Assembly (NCBI RefSeq): GCF_006345805.1
Contig: NC_043017.1
Coordinates: forward strand, 31,000,001 to 31,064,000
DNA: 64,000 nt
Reading direction: 5' to 3'
Source: Octopus sinensis
Lineage: Eukaryota
A program made the translations under genes and the position numbers. Each line of letters opens with the position of its first letter. The stretch's first letter is position 1. Below are positions 28,844 to 40,802 of this stretch, piece after piece. The notes under the pieces are model-generated. The model did not search any database and was not told where the DNA came from. It was given only the letters and a program-made list of their open reading frames with translations.

Positions 28844-29203
28844 GCCATTTGACTGTGACCATGCTGGATCGGCGCCTTTAGTCGAGCAAATCGATCCCAG
28901 GACTTATTCTATCGTTCCTTTTTCCCGAACCGCTAGTTTACGTGGAAGTAAACACACAAACATCGGTTGTCAAACGGTTTTGGGGGGACAAAGACAGACA
29001 CACAAACATATAGACACATACACATACACACACGCAGACATACACATATATACGACGGCTTTCTTTCAATTTCCGTCTACTAATTCTACTCACAAGGCTG
29101 TAGACGATCCGAGGCTATAGTAGAAGACTCCTGCCCAAAGTCCCACGCAGTAGGACTGAACCAGGAACCACGTGGCTGGTAAGCAGTCTACTTACCACGC
29201 ACC

Positions 29204-29206
<3 letters not shown>
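28844..29206 (-). mobile_element. SINE family A, diverged copy
   Basis: Homologous to the reverse complement of 18644-19123. Confidence 0.8.
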
Positions 29207-29241
<35 letters not shown>

Positions 29242-29281
29242 TATATATAATATATATATAATATATATATATATAATATTT

Positions 29282-30282
29282 ATCAATATAGGGTGGCAAG
29301 GAAAATTTTGTAGAATTTTATTGCCACCAGCGGCCCAGCGGGAAAAAAATTAAATAGTCATAGACCATTTTTAAGTTCAACATTAACAATTAAGGAACGG
29401 CCATAATAGGCCATTCACCCACTAGAAATAACAGCCAAAGCTTCTACCGCAAATAAAGATCAATTCCGTAAACAGGAGAAAATTAAAAAAACATTTACCC
29501 TGTAATTTCTTGTACGGTATACCGTTTCATCCGTTGTTTAATGGTAAACCAACCTAATTAAATTAAATCAAGCCAATCTTCCATAAGCCCTCGGATTCAT
29601 CAGCAAGAAATAGCTCTCGGGACAGATAATTACACGAGGCATATCCCATCTTGCCAAGTCAATATCTGACCTAAAATTTTCAAATCGTCGCACTCGCGCC
29701 AAATTTATCGGCAGCAAATAAATATCAGCCGTCGATTCCATTACGGAATTAACCAAAAAATTCATAATTAATCAATATAGGGTGGCAAGGAATTTTCCTT
29801 GCCACCCTATATTGATTAATTATGAATTTTTTGGTTAATTCCGTATTAATCAATATAGGGTGGCAAGGAAATTTTCCTTGCCACCCTATATTGATTAATT
29901 ATGAATTTTTTGGTTAATTCCGTAATGGAATCGACGGCTGATATTTATTTGCTGCCGATAAATTTGGCGCGAGTGCGACGATTTGAAAATTTTAGGTCAG
30001 ATATTGACTTGGCAAGATGGGATATGCCTCGTGTAATTATCTGTCCCGAGAGCTATTTCTTGCTGATGAATCCGAGGGCTTATGGAAGATTGGCTTGATT
30101 TAATTTAATTAGGTTGGTTTACCATTAAACAACGGATGAAACGGTATACCGTACAAGAAATTACAGGGTAAATGTTTTTTTAATTTTCTCCTGTTTACGG
30201 AATTGATCTTTATTTGCGGTAGAAGCTTTGGCTGTTATTTCTAGTGGGTGAATGGCCTATTATGGCCGTTCCTTAATTGTTA

Positions 30283-30284
<2 letters not shown>
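29282..30284. repeat. Double fold-back palindrome of a terminally redundant 489 bp unit
   Basis: 29382-29792 is mirrored by 29873-30284. Hairpin apices at about 29793 (aggaa-tt-ttcct) and 29872 (ggaaa-t-tttcc). atcaatatagggtggcaaggaa occurs at 29282 and 29771. (TA)n on both sides. Confidence 0.95.
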
Positions 30285-30334
<50 letters not shown>

Positions 30335-30504
30335 CATTTTATTATCTAATGAATTGCTGAATAGTTCACTGCTGTATGTCCCTGAGCTCTTAAATGGCAT
30401 TTAAGACTCCTGATAATTTACAAGGACTAGTTAATGATTCTCAACCATTTCTTTTATCTGTCGACCCGTTTGATTCCTATTTAACCTGTTTGCAACCTTA
30501 TTAA

Positions 30505-32289
30505 GGTGGACCGAAAAATGCAACGTTCGAAATTGTTAACCAAGAATCGATATTTTGTTTCTTCTTATGGTTAGAAGATTGGTGTATAAAGAACTTTGCG
30601 GTTAAATATATATTCCAAACTCCGCAACGGTATTGAAGGTTTTAAATATCACTTTTTGGGGTCGAATTTTGGATTTTATGGATTATAAATCATAACGAAT
30701 AAACATTTGTACGTAGCTGACTGCAAGACATTAAATATAGTATCCTTAACAGGTTGAATACCTAGTGTCAACGCAGTTGATTAATATCTTGAGGTTCTGC
30801 ATTCCCTATAAACAAAATGGGAGTCTGAACTTCTCCCCAGTTTCGCTGCAACTGTCGTTGCGTGTGGACGTACGTGAGCGAAGTTTTCTGCATTGTACTT
30901 TGACTTTAGGCCATTGTGTTAAAATTAATGATCGTGTTAAATTTAGTGTTGTTTACATTTAGCGATGACTCATAAACCAATAACATGAAATGACATTGAA
31001 TGCCCTATATTTGGTAATCCAAGTGATCTTGGCAAATGAGTTTTACCATCTTACAAGAACGCACTAAGATGTGTTTTATTTGAATGAGAAAAAGGAAAGA
31101 ACGTCGTTAAAAAAATTCTTCAAATAATCAAGTTGTCAAGATTGTAGCATAAAAGATAATTGGAATGGCTGTGTGGTAAGTAGCTTGCTTACCAATCACA
31201 TGGTTCCGAATTCTGTCCTACTGCGTGGCACCTTGGGCAAGTATCTTCTACTACAGCCTCGACCTGACCGAAGCCTTGTGAGGGGATTTGGTAGACGGAA
31301 ACTGAAAGAAGCCTGTCGTATATATGTATATATATATATATGTATGTATATGTGTGCGTATGTTTGTTTTGTCTGTGTTTATCCACCCCCCCATCATCGC
31401 TTGAGAACCGATGCTAGGGTGTTTACGTCCCCGTAACTTAGCGATTCGGCAAAAGAGACCGATAGAATAAGTATTAGGCTTACAAAGAATAAGTCCAGGG
31501 GATCGATTTGCTCGACTAAAGGCAGTGCTTCAGCATGGCCACAGTCAAATGACTGAAACAAGTAAAAGAGCAAATAGTAAAAGGCATCCATCCCTTGCGT
31601 TACGATTGTGTCAATTAAACAGAAAATCGTAAATTGTTTATCTAAACTACCAAGTATTACTAAAATCTGTGAAAAATAGAAACAAATTTGCCATCGTTTC
31701 AAACAAAGTGTAATGTTTTGGAAACAACGTAACAAACTATTTGGCATTGCCTTTTGCAAGTGTAACTCCTTTAAAACCTGGAATTAAAATAAATTGGAAA
31801 TGCTAATTATTTTTTCACCAAGATGTGTCAAGAATCAAAAATCGGTTTACGTTTAATTATATTCTAATGTGTTTGTAATCTACACCTCATGTAACACATA
31901 TATTCAGTGACCTAGTATTGAAAATGATTTTAAAAACCAAGTCGAAAAGTCTATTTATTTCACATAATTTTGAAATTTCAAGTGCGTTGCGGAGTTTGAA
32001 AATATAAATTGTAGAGCTTGAAATCTTAACACTCTCGCTTTTAGACTATTTTGCAAATGAAAACTTATTCGTAACAAAAAATGCAGAAAAACACAATGAG
32101 GAACCGCAAACGTGCTATAAATTGATTTTTCGCTTACTATTCAAAATTTAAAGTTGTCTGAGGAGCCTGAAGATGTAATTTTAAGAACTGCAGATTTCAT
32201 CGCAGTTTTTGAAATGATTTTGCAGTACAAATTATATTTTTGAAAACATATTTCAAAAATCTCGATAACAGCTCCTTTTTCGCTCCACC
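30505..32289. mobile_element. Putative non-autonomous DNA transposon with TIRs (TA/TTAA-type site), containing a nested SINE
   Basis: Left ttaa|ggtggaccgaaaaatg versus the reverse complement of the right end, ttag|ggtggagcgaaaaagg (14/16). Sub-terminal inverted block caaactccgcaacg (about 30615) / cgttgcggagtttg (about 31985). No transposase ORF. Confidence 0.55.
31162..31570 (+). mobile_element. SINE family A
   Basis: Homology to the other family A copies. Confidence 0.85.
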
Positions 32290-32312
32290 CTAAACCTTAA
32301 GCCTCATGGCAG

Positions 32313-32694
32313 TGGAAGCACTCCGTCGGTTACGACGGCGAGGGTTCTGGTTGATCCGATCAACGGAACAGCCTGCTCGTGAAATTAACCTGTAAGTGGC
32401 TGAGCACTCCACAGACACGTGTACCCTTAACGTAGTTCTCGGGGATATTCAGCGTGACACAGAGAGTGACAAGGCCGGCCCTTTGAAATACAGGTACAAC
32501 AGAAACAGGAAGTAAGAGTGAGAGAAAGTTGTGGTGAAAGAGTACAGCAGGGATCACCACCATCCCTGCCGGAACCTCGTGGAGCTTTAGGTGTTTTCGC
32601 TCAATAAAAACTCACAACGCCCGGTCTGGGAATCGAAACCGCGATCCTACGACCGCGAGTCCGCTGCCCTAACCACTGGGCCATTGCGCCTCCA
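32313..32694 (-). mobile_element. tRNA-Arg-like SINE family C (resembles octopus OR-type), full length, with 11 bp TSD
   Basis: Head ggcgcaatggcccagtggttagggcagcggactcgcggtcgtaggatcgcggtttcgattccc with A/B boxes and a TCG anticodon-like loop. ttaagcctcat at 32297-32307 and 32697-32707. Confidence 0.9.
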
Positions 32695-32771
32695 TATTAA
32701 GCCTCATACCCATTCAATGTTTAAAACATTATATTATACTTTTATAATCAAACATTATTAAGAAGTCTATA

Positions 32772-33161
32772 CTCTCTTTACTCTCTTTTACTTGTTTCAG
32801 TCATTTGACTGCGGCCATGCTGGAGCACATCGACCCCAGGGCTTATTCTTAGTAAGCCTAGTACTTATTCTATCGGTCTATTTTGCCGCACCGCCAGGTT
32901 ACGGGGACATGAACACACCAGTATCGGTTGTCAAGCGATGTTGGGAGGACAAACACAGACACACAAACACACACACATATATAGATATACATATACACGT
33001 CAGGCTTCTTTCAGTTTCCGTCTACCAAATCCACTCACAAGGGTTTGGTCGGGCCGAGGCTATAGTAGAAGACACACTCTCACAAAGTGCCACGCAATGT
33101 GATTGAATCCGAACCATATGGTTGGTAAGCAAGCTACTTACCACACAGCCACTCCTGCGTC
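32772..33161 (-). mobile_element. SINE family A, full length
   Basis: Reverse-complement homology to the family A copies. Confidence 0.85.
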
Positions 33162-33514
33162 TATGAAGAATTCTTTTAATGTTTTGTTTTGTACACCTAT
33201 AACCAGTTTTTTATGCACATAAATTTTAACAACACAATCTTACAAGGATCCCCAAAATTCATATGGACCCCGTTTCAGATCCCACTAATCAAGAGCATGT
33301 ATAACTGAGAAATTGGACACATTTACTGCCGTGATTGGTGATGTCAGCAGAATAACAATTCGCTTCATGTCTTCACAATCAAGGTCTGGTTTGGACACTC
33401 TGCTGCATATTCATAAGCCGTACATACGAACAGAAATTTAAAACATTAGTATGCATAAGCTATATGTATGTGTATGTATGTGTGTGTGTTTTGTGAGTGT
33501 GTATATGTGTGTAG

Positions 33515-33897
33515 TGGAGGCGCAATGACCCAGTGGTTAGGGTAGTGGACTCGCAGTCGTAGGATCGCGGTTTCGATTCCCAGACCGGGTGTTGTGAGTG
33601 TTTATTGAGCGAAAACACCTAAAAGCTCCACGAGGCTCCGGCAGGGGATGGTGGTGATCCCTGCTGTACTCTTTCACCACAACTTTCTCTCACTCTTACT
33701 TCCTGTTTCTGTTGTACCTGTATTTCAAAGGGCCGGCCTTGTCACTCTCTGTGTCACGCTGAATATCCCTGAGAACTACGTTAAGGGTACACGTGTCTGT
33801 GGAGTGCTCAGCCACTTACACGTTAATTTCAGGAGCAGGCTGTTCCGTTTATCGGATCAACCGGAACCCTCGTCGTTGTAACCGACGGAGTGCTTCC
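33515..33897 (+). mobile_element. tRNA-Arg-like SINE family C, full length
   Basis: About 95% identical by eye to the reverse complement of 32313-32694. tatatgtgtgt on both sides is a probable TSD. Confidence 0.9.
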
Positions 33898-34109
33898 CCC
33901 CTATATGTGTGTGCGAGATTGTGTATAAGTACGTGTAAGTTTCACGCGATAAATATATCTTCTTTTGAGAGAAGCGTATCGAAAAGTATTAAACTTCCAG
34001 CTTTTCAAATTATGAGACATGAATGTGTGAGGCCTTTGTATTTAGAGATCCAGAGGAAATTAATATAGGTTTCAGATTTTGACACAAGGCCAATAATTTT
34101 GGTGTAGTG

Positions 34110-34281
34110 GATAATTCGTTTACATCGACGTCAGTGCTCAACTGATACTAATCTATCGACCCTGAAAGGGATGAAAGGCAAGATGGACCTCGCTAGACTC
34201 TGAATACAAAACGTAAAGGAGGGACAAAATGCCGCTAAGCATTTTGTCCGGCGTGCGAATGATTCTGCCAGCTCGCTGCCT
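34110..34281 (-). mobile_element. SINE family B, diverged
   Basis: Homology to 16353-16583. Confidence 0.75.
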
Positions 34282-34323
34282 AGAAGAAATTGATACAATG
34301 CAAAAACAGCTTCAATACTAAAA

Positions 34324-34718
34324 CTAGCAGTATCGCCCGGCATTGCTCGGGTTTGTAAGGGAAATAACTATAAAGCATTTTTAGAGAGTTATAGCCAAAA
34401 AATAGCCAAAAAATGCATAAAAAATGGAAAACAAATTATGGTAAATTTTTTTAAATCGTTGACTCATCGTAGACATTTTTAGAGAGTTATTTCCCTTATA
34501 TAATAGCGAAAAATGCATTAAAATGGAAAAAAAATGATGGTAAATTATTTTTTAAATCGTAGCCTCATCGTAGACGCGCGCTAATACCCAAAAGGGATCG
34601 ATATGAATCACGACTATAAGATACCCGGTTTTGGATAAACTGCACCGCAAAATGTGGGAGTAGTTAGGAATCTAAATCGTAGGAGACAGACACATAACCT
34701 TACTTTTATATATAAAGA
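34324..34718 (-). mobile_element. Non-autonomous Helitron, both termini intact
   Basis: Minus strand begins A|TCTTTATATATAAAAG and ends CCCGAGCAATGCCGGGCGATACTG-CTAG|T: 5'-TC, sub-terminal hairpin, 3'-CTAG, A/T target. Contains an internal degenerate duplication of about 100-120 bp. Confidence 0.85.
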
Positions 34719-35111
34719 TTATAAATGTTGGACTCCACTAATGTCGACTAGTGTACTTGGCTACGTTACTACTCGCTTAATTGTCTATCTCAGTACACTG
34801 GGGTTTTAAATCAAATGATGTCGCCAGCTAACCAGTGACTAGTAATTTCAAAATTTCACCTGCGAATTGAAAAGAAAAGCCGGAGATAATTTATGAACGA
34901 TTTTGTACCTGTTAATGGATTCCTGATTTATGATCACAGGTTTCTAATTATTCGTTAGTTGCAGTTGCTATTCACCAGCTCAGTCTTGACTCAGCAGACT
35001 CAGAAGTAAAGGGCATTCCAGCCATAAAATTATCCCATCTTTCACTTCCTTTCTTCACCTTCTCTGCCATCTCTCTCTCTTTCTCTCTCTCTCTCTTTCT
35101 CTCTCTCTCTT

Positions 35112-35159
<48 letters not shown>

Positions 35160-35164
35160 CTCTT

Positions 35165-35209
<45 letters not shown>

Positions 35210-36499
35210 CATTGTGTACCTAGAAATATATTATATAATATACCTATCGCTTTTCAAAACGTGAGTGCATAGCTGAAGGAAGTTTTGCTTGCTATTTCTA
35301 GCAGTGCGATTTGTTACATAAAGGATCCCTTCTTGCCAGTCTGTTGGTTTGCAGATGACATAACACGTTGCAAACGACTACAACATAACACTTAATAAAA
35401 ACACATTGAGTTTCATACCTCTGTAAAGAATCTCTAAAATATTCTTAAAACGCCAGTTTTCTTTTCTAATTGACAAATATTCCATATTATTATTGAAGCT
35501 CTGCTTTCAAATACCAGATATGTTGAGAGAAAGATGGACGATTTTCGTAGAATGTGTTACATAATTGGTCTTTTAAGTGTCTTCTTTGTAAGCCTAATTA
35601 GCATTTTGAATAGAATATTTGGTAGAATCTCTAGACTGATACACACGATCTTTAGTGAAACATTTTCTATTAATCTGCTAGATTGCTTTCTTGATTCAGT
35701 TACATTCAAGTTCCGGTATATTCTATTTTGTCAAGTTCTGTTTTTTTTATGTAATACCTATTAAGGTATTATCTATTGTTTGGGATAGTTTTAATAGAGT
35801 TTTGCAACTGAGGCTGACTGTAAAATGCTTTCTGATCAGTAATAGGAACTTTCTTTCTGTGTTAGATTAGAAGTACTTACACTATATCAGATTGCAACTC
35901 GATGTTACATGCTTCGGTTTCTATTGTTCGGTGAATCAGACTTGAAAAAAATTCTATTATTCCATGATATCTATTTTGTTTTCCTGTCTTTTAAACTTTT
36001 CTTCTTTCTTTACATTTTTTTCTTCTTTCTCTGTAGAATATCGATGCAGTACTTTTCAATACAAATTGAATATTTCCTCTTCCAATATGTTGAAATTTAT
36101 TCTGATTATTTTGCCAACTAAATACGTTGAGATATTAAAGAGGAACAGAAGATGTTGAGGAAGATAGCAATAGTATGTATTGGCAAAGAGTAAGCAAAAT
36201 ACATTTGCAATGTGAAATAAATTACGTTATACGAGGAACAGTAGAAATTTAATACGTTGTATAGAAATAGATCAGTCATAGGTAAGATAGAGGTTTGAAA
36301 TACTGTGATATTCGTATGCTGTTGTAAGATTGTATTATTTAGAGTATTAGTAGTTTTATCTATTGAAATTCTTTACAATGTCTGGTGAATAGATCTAGTA
36401 GACATCTAACATAGAGCCCATATTAGTTACTAAAAGACATAGGTGTCTAAGTTTGCTTTGCTTTTTTTGTATTGGTAAAAGTGACTACTGAAAGGGTTA

Positions 36500-37400
36500 G
36501 AAACGAAGGGAACAGCATAGAGGCAAGGAAATGTCTTGAAAGTGGGAGACGAGAGAAACCCGACCGGTGGTCACCTAGGCGTTCGACGTGAAAAGGAAAT
36601 GGGCGTGAAAGGTGACGATGATCACGTGCCACGTGTCAGGGGCAGGAGGGAGAAAAGTTGAAGAGGGCAGAGAGAAAGAGATACAGAGAGTAACGGAAAG
36701 GAGAGGCGTGAGAAAGGAAAGCAAAATACTTAGAGAGACAGCAGCACGCAGTGTTGGGAAAGGAAGATGAGAGAGAGAGAGAGAGAGGAAGAGGACGGGA
36801 AGAACGGAAGAGAAAGGCAGAGAAAGGACAGAAATAGGCATCGCAACTAAAAAGTTTGAACATATTGTTTAATATAATTCCACGCACCATTTTCTTTTGT
36901 TAATATTCTGTGAATTTATCGTTTCGTGCAACGTCTATTTTTATCCTTTGTCTTCCTTTCTGTCCCTCTCACCCTCCTCTCTCTCGCTTTTTCTGTCATT
37001 CGTTCTTTCCCTCTCTCTCCTCCGCGCTCTCCGTCTCTCTCACCCACCCTGTTTGTCGTAAATGACATTTTATATCACTACTACAACGACATGACGTCAC
37101 ATTTTCTATATGAGAGTGTTCGCGCGTTCGTTACTTACGTTAGGCCGATGACTGACAAGTATATTTGTGCGACGGTGTATGTATCTGTCAATATGCATAC
37201 ATTTGTGTAACCACCGACACACATAGGGTCCAAAATCGGCTTCAGGTGTGCGTCAATGTATGTGTGTGTCTCTTATTCTGTGTAGGTAACTTACTCTCGC
37301 CCAACAGTGAAACGCGCCGTTATTAAAAGTTTACTTGTGGCCTGGAGTTTAAACGAACAACAGCGTTCACTTTCAAGTACTACCAACAAGAAAATCTGGT
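36500..37400. promoter_or_regulatory. CpG-retaining promoter-like region with tandem CACGTG boxes and a CRE
   Basis: atCACGTGcCACGTGtca at 36621-36638, TGACGTCA at 37092-37099, many CpGs, GA/CT tracts, and a possible minus-strand donor AGA|gtaagt at 37295/37294. Motif-level evidence only. Confidence 0.35.
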
Positions 37401-38203
37401 TGATTTAACACCACTAACAATACTCACACATATATATTGAAAAAAATGTTGTTTTGTTTTTTATAAAAAAATGCGGAAACTTGGCGAAGTAGAAAACATT
37501 AGCAGCTCGTTCAATATAATTATAGAAAATTTATTTCAACTCCTTCAAACCAGTTTCAAGATAATTTTTAGCAGTCCTCCCAAGCTTCTTCGTCACTTTG
37601 AGTATCAACGTCGCACATTCTTTTTATTGCGTTAGTCTGTGTTTATTATACAGCATATAACGTTACGCAGTTTAAAAACATGTAATAATGTCAAATTAAT
37701 TTATATCTTGCTACAAACATCCTTCAGAAAATATTTCAAATTAACGTTACCACAACAGCATCTTCCTTTCAATATGCTTGGTTCGGCGTTCGTTTCATAA
37801 TTGTAAAATAAATTATTTTTGTATGAAAAATTGAATTACGCCTTCTAGATTTTCTTGGACATTCTTCACCGTGATATTCAATCGTGAATTTTAAAACATT
37901 TAATTCATTTTCCAAATAAATGTTAACATTTTGTACTTTGTTACATTGGTGACGCATAGTAACTCTTGGTAGATTTGTGAGTTTCCATTTTTTTATAGCA
38001 TAACTATACTACAGAAACAGTTTTGCACCTATATTGACGACATGTAGTAACTTTTCCTAAATTGACGACTTTTCATTTTTTTATAGCATGACTATTCAAC
38101 AGAAAATATGATATTGAACTTCGTATGTGTACATTTTGCTGTTTTCAATATTATCAATTCTAAAAGTGTGTTTCTGCGTTCCTTACCTCTATAGTAAACT
38201 ATA

Positions 38204-38470
38204 ATGAAGAACATTTTACGCTGTTTTAATGAGCTTGCATCTAATGAAGTTACCATCCTTATGGTTGATGATCCCCATGAAAATCATGATATTCTCATTT
38301 TTGCTCAGGATAACAACCTCATACGTGTTTCACAGACTCATTCCTCTTATCATTCTCTCCTGTATACTCTTATTCTGTGGAATGGACAAGATGGGTATTA
38401 TTTCAATATTCCATGGATTGAACCTGCAACACGGTAGCTAATTACAAACAAAAGGTGTCGTCAAATGACG
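38204..38470 (+). mobile_element. Helitron Rep/helicase N-terminal coding fragment (pseudogenised)
   Basis: RCFNELASNEVTILMVDD..HDILIFAQDNNLIRVSQTHSSYHSLLYTLILWNGQDGYYFNIP resembles the Helitron block RFN.PT.NEVA...RDI.L...L.RISETHRSYDALQYPL.F..G.DGY. It continues past a stop and a frameshift as ...TNK(K)VSSND. Confidence 0.8.
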
Positions 38471-39011
38471 TGTTGTTAAGACCGGAGAAATCAAATGTCA
38501 AATAAACTGTACTTTCACTTACATATTTCAACGTTATCTCAACAATCAGCTATAGTTATTTGAAATACACTTCTCTACAACGATCTGATTCCATTAGAAA
38601 ATGAAACTAGTTTCACGCTTTCAGTTTGAACCAAAATTAGAAAGTGTTGCATTACGAGAGTGACGATGTGTGATTATGAAAGTAATGTTTCTCCGAATTA
38701 GTCACTTATGTATTATAATAAAGCTGTTTATTTTCTATTTACCAAATAAACTTTTGTTTTGACACAACAAATCTTTTTATAGCTAAAATAAACTCGGCAA
38801 CTAGGTCGGGTCCCACAATTTTCAGGTCATGTTTGGACAATATTTCGATCTGCTTCCAATTTTTTACCCTTTCCGATGTTTCAGACAAACATTTATTTAT
38901 GAAAATGTACGCAAATAGTGTATTAAAACAGGCCACGAACAAAAGTATTGCATTAAAAGACATCCGTTTTACTATATGTTATGAGGAAATACAGTCACAC
39001 ACACACAGACA

Positions 39012-39049
<38 letters not shown>

Positions 39050-39479
39050 CTCTCTCTCACGCACAAACGAGATGTATGCATATGTATTTATGGGTGAAGG
39101 TAAAGAATACGCACGCCCGGTGTTTAGGGTTAGGGTGCTTACTTTTACCTCCGCTGTGTAAGTGTGTATGAAAGATAATGTGTGCGTGAGAGTGAGAGAG
39201 TACCACTTACACATATACGCAAAAAAATCATACACTAGAACACACACCTTTACTCACTCTTTCTCTCTCTCATACATATATATTTAAGTATTTATATATA
39301 TATATATGTATGTATGTCTGTGTGTCTGTGTGTGTTTGTGTGTGTATATATGCACAACCACACACACATGCACACACACACACACAAGCATATATATAAA
39401 ACATATGCTTATTAACGTACACATATAGATAGGTATATACACATCCATATTATCTAGTCGAGTTTGCTCAAGCATTCTT

Positions 39480-40175
39480 ACATGCAGGCGATTTCCATCT
39501 CAACTCTGCATTCGTGGAGGGTGATTTTCGAGGAGGCATCCCGTGTCTCTGGTGAATTTCTCTACATATCTTGTGCCTGGACGACCTATTCCAGTGCAAC
39601 CATGCTTTGGTATCCATAGCCCTTACCAACTTTTGTTTGGCAAAACGCGTGTAACGTTTTCCTAGAATTGTGGAAACAAACTTGAGATTTCCAGACAGCT
39701 GTTTCTTGGTAGAATGAGTCTTCCAATATATGTTTAAGACTGCTCTTAGTATTCGGGTGTAAATTCCATCTATCTTGGATTCCACTTTTTGGTAAGCATC
39801 AAAATCGTTGATCTATGTAAAGGGACAGACTCAATTGTTGCACGGAAAAAATCCTCCTAAGTGTGTCTGACAAAGTTTATTTCCGAACAACATTGTTTAT
39901 TTAGGGCCAACCATGTTATGACTGTCCGATATTTTACATCGTTTTTAGCTGAGGTTTTCTCAGAACCGAAGTACTTGAAATCATCAACTTGATTGATGGT
40001 AGCTTCGCTGGTGTTGGTGATGGATTCTTGCTGATTGTGAACAACGAATTTGGTTTTATTAGGTTTAACAAGCAGCCCAGTATTATGTGCAGCTAATTTT
40101 AGACGCTAAAATAAATGGGTGGCGTTTGATATTGTGTTAGAGAGCAAGGTTAAATCATCAGCATAGTCTACATAG
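39480..40175 (-). mobile_element. Decayed RTE-like LINE reverse transcriptase fragment
   Basis: DYADDLTLLS at 40154-40168, then KTKFVV, DDFKYFGS, FFRATIESV and KIDGIYTRILRAVLNIYWKTH, with stops and frameshifts. Confidence 0.85.
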
Positions 40176-40495
40176 TTTTTTTTTATTTTTTAGAGCCGAT
40201 TGTCCGATATCGATCTTCTACTACTGACCCATGTATGCCTAAGGAAACTGCAGCAGCGATTATAACACGGTAAACAAAACCAAATCAACGGTAAGGTCCT
40301 GGACGGAAATACATGTTTCTTTGATAACTGTGTTGGACTACTCCAGGGAAACACATAGTCACCGTCTTTCTATGAGATAGCTCTGCATTGCCCTCAAAAT
40401 ATCACTTGAAAATCTAAACAGCCTTGGTCTCACACTCGCAAGACATACATACATACATACATACACGCATACATACATAAATACATACATACATA

Positions 40496-40727
40496 TATTT
40501 CTTTACTACTCACAATGGGCTAAACACAGAGGGGACAAATAAGGACAGACAAAGGGATTAAGTCGATTACATCGACCCCAGTGCGTAAATGTTACTTAAT
40601 TTATCGATCCCGAAAGGATGAAAGGCAAAGTCGGCCTCGGTGGAAATTGAACTCGGAACGTAACGGCAGACGAAATACGGCTATGCATTTCACCCGGCGT
40701 GCTAACGTTTCTGCCAGCTCGCCGCCT
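40496..40727 (-). mobile_element. SINE family B, full length
   Basis: Homology to 16353-16583. Confidence 0.9.
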
Positions 40728-40761
40728 TTATATATATATATATACATACATACACACACAG

Positions 40762-40802
<41 letters not shown>

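Noticed and set aside
29282-29770. Foreign origin (parasite minicircle or ssDNA virus) for the 489 bp unit
   Set aside because: No Rep or capsid ORF and no nonanucleotide origin. It shares a motif with host repeats in this window. Not excluded without BLAST, but unsupported.
30062-30095. CTGATGA in the palindrome arm as a hammerhead
   Set aside because: No stem II closing onto GAAA follows.
29568-30098. Identical 65 aa ORF on both strands (MNFLVNSVMEST...)
   Set aside because: The duplication is just the palindrome, and I recognise no protein similarity.
33515-33590. tRNA genes (also heads at 16510-16583, 18644-18715, 32620-32694)
   Set aside because: These are SINE heads continuing into SINE bodies, with no complete cloverleaf or acceptor stem.
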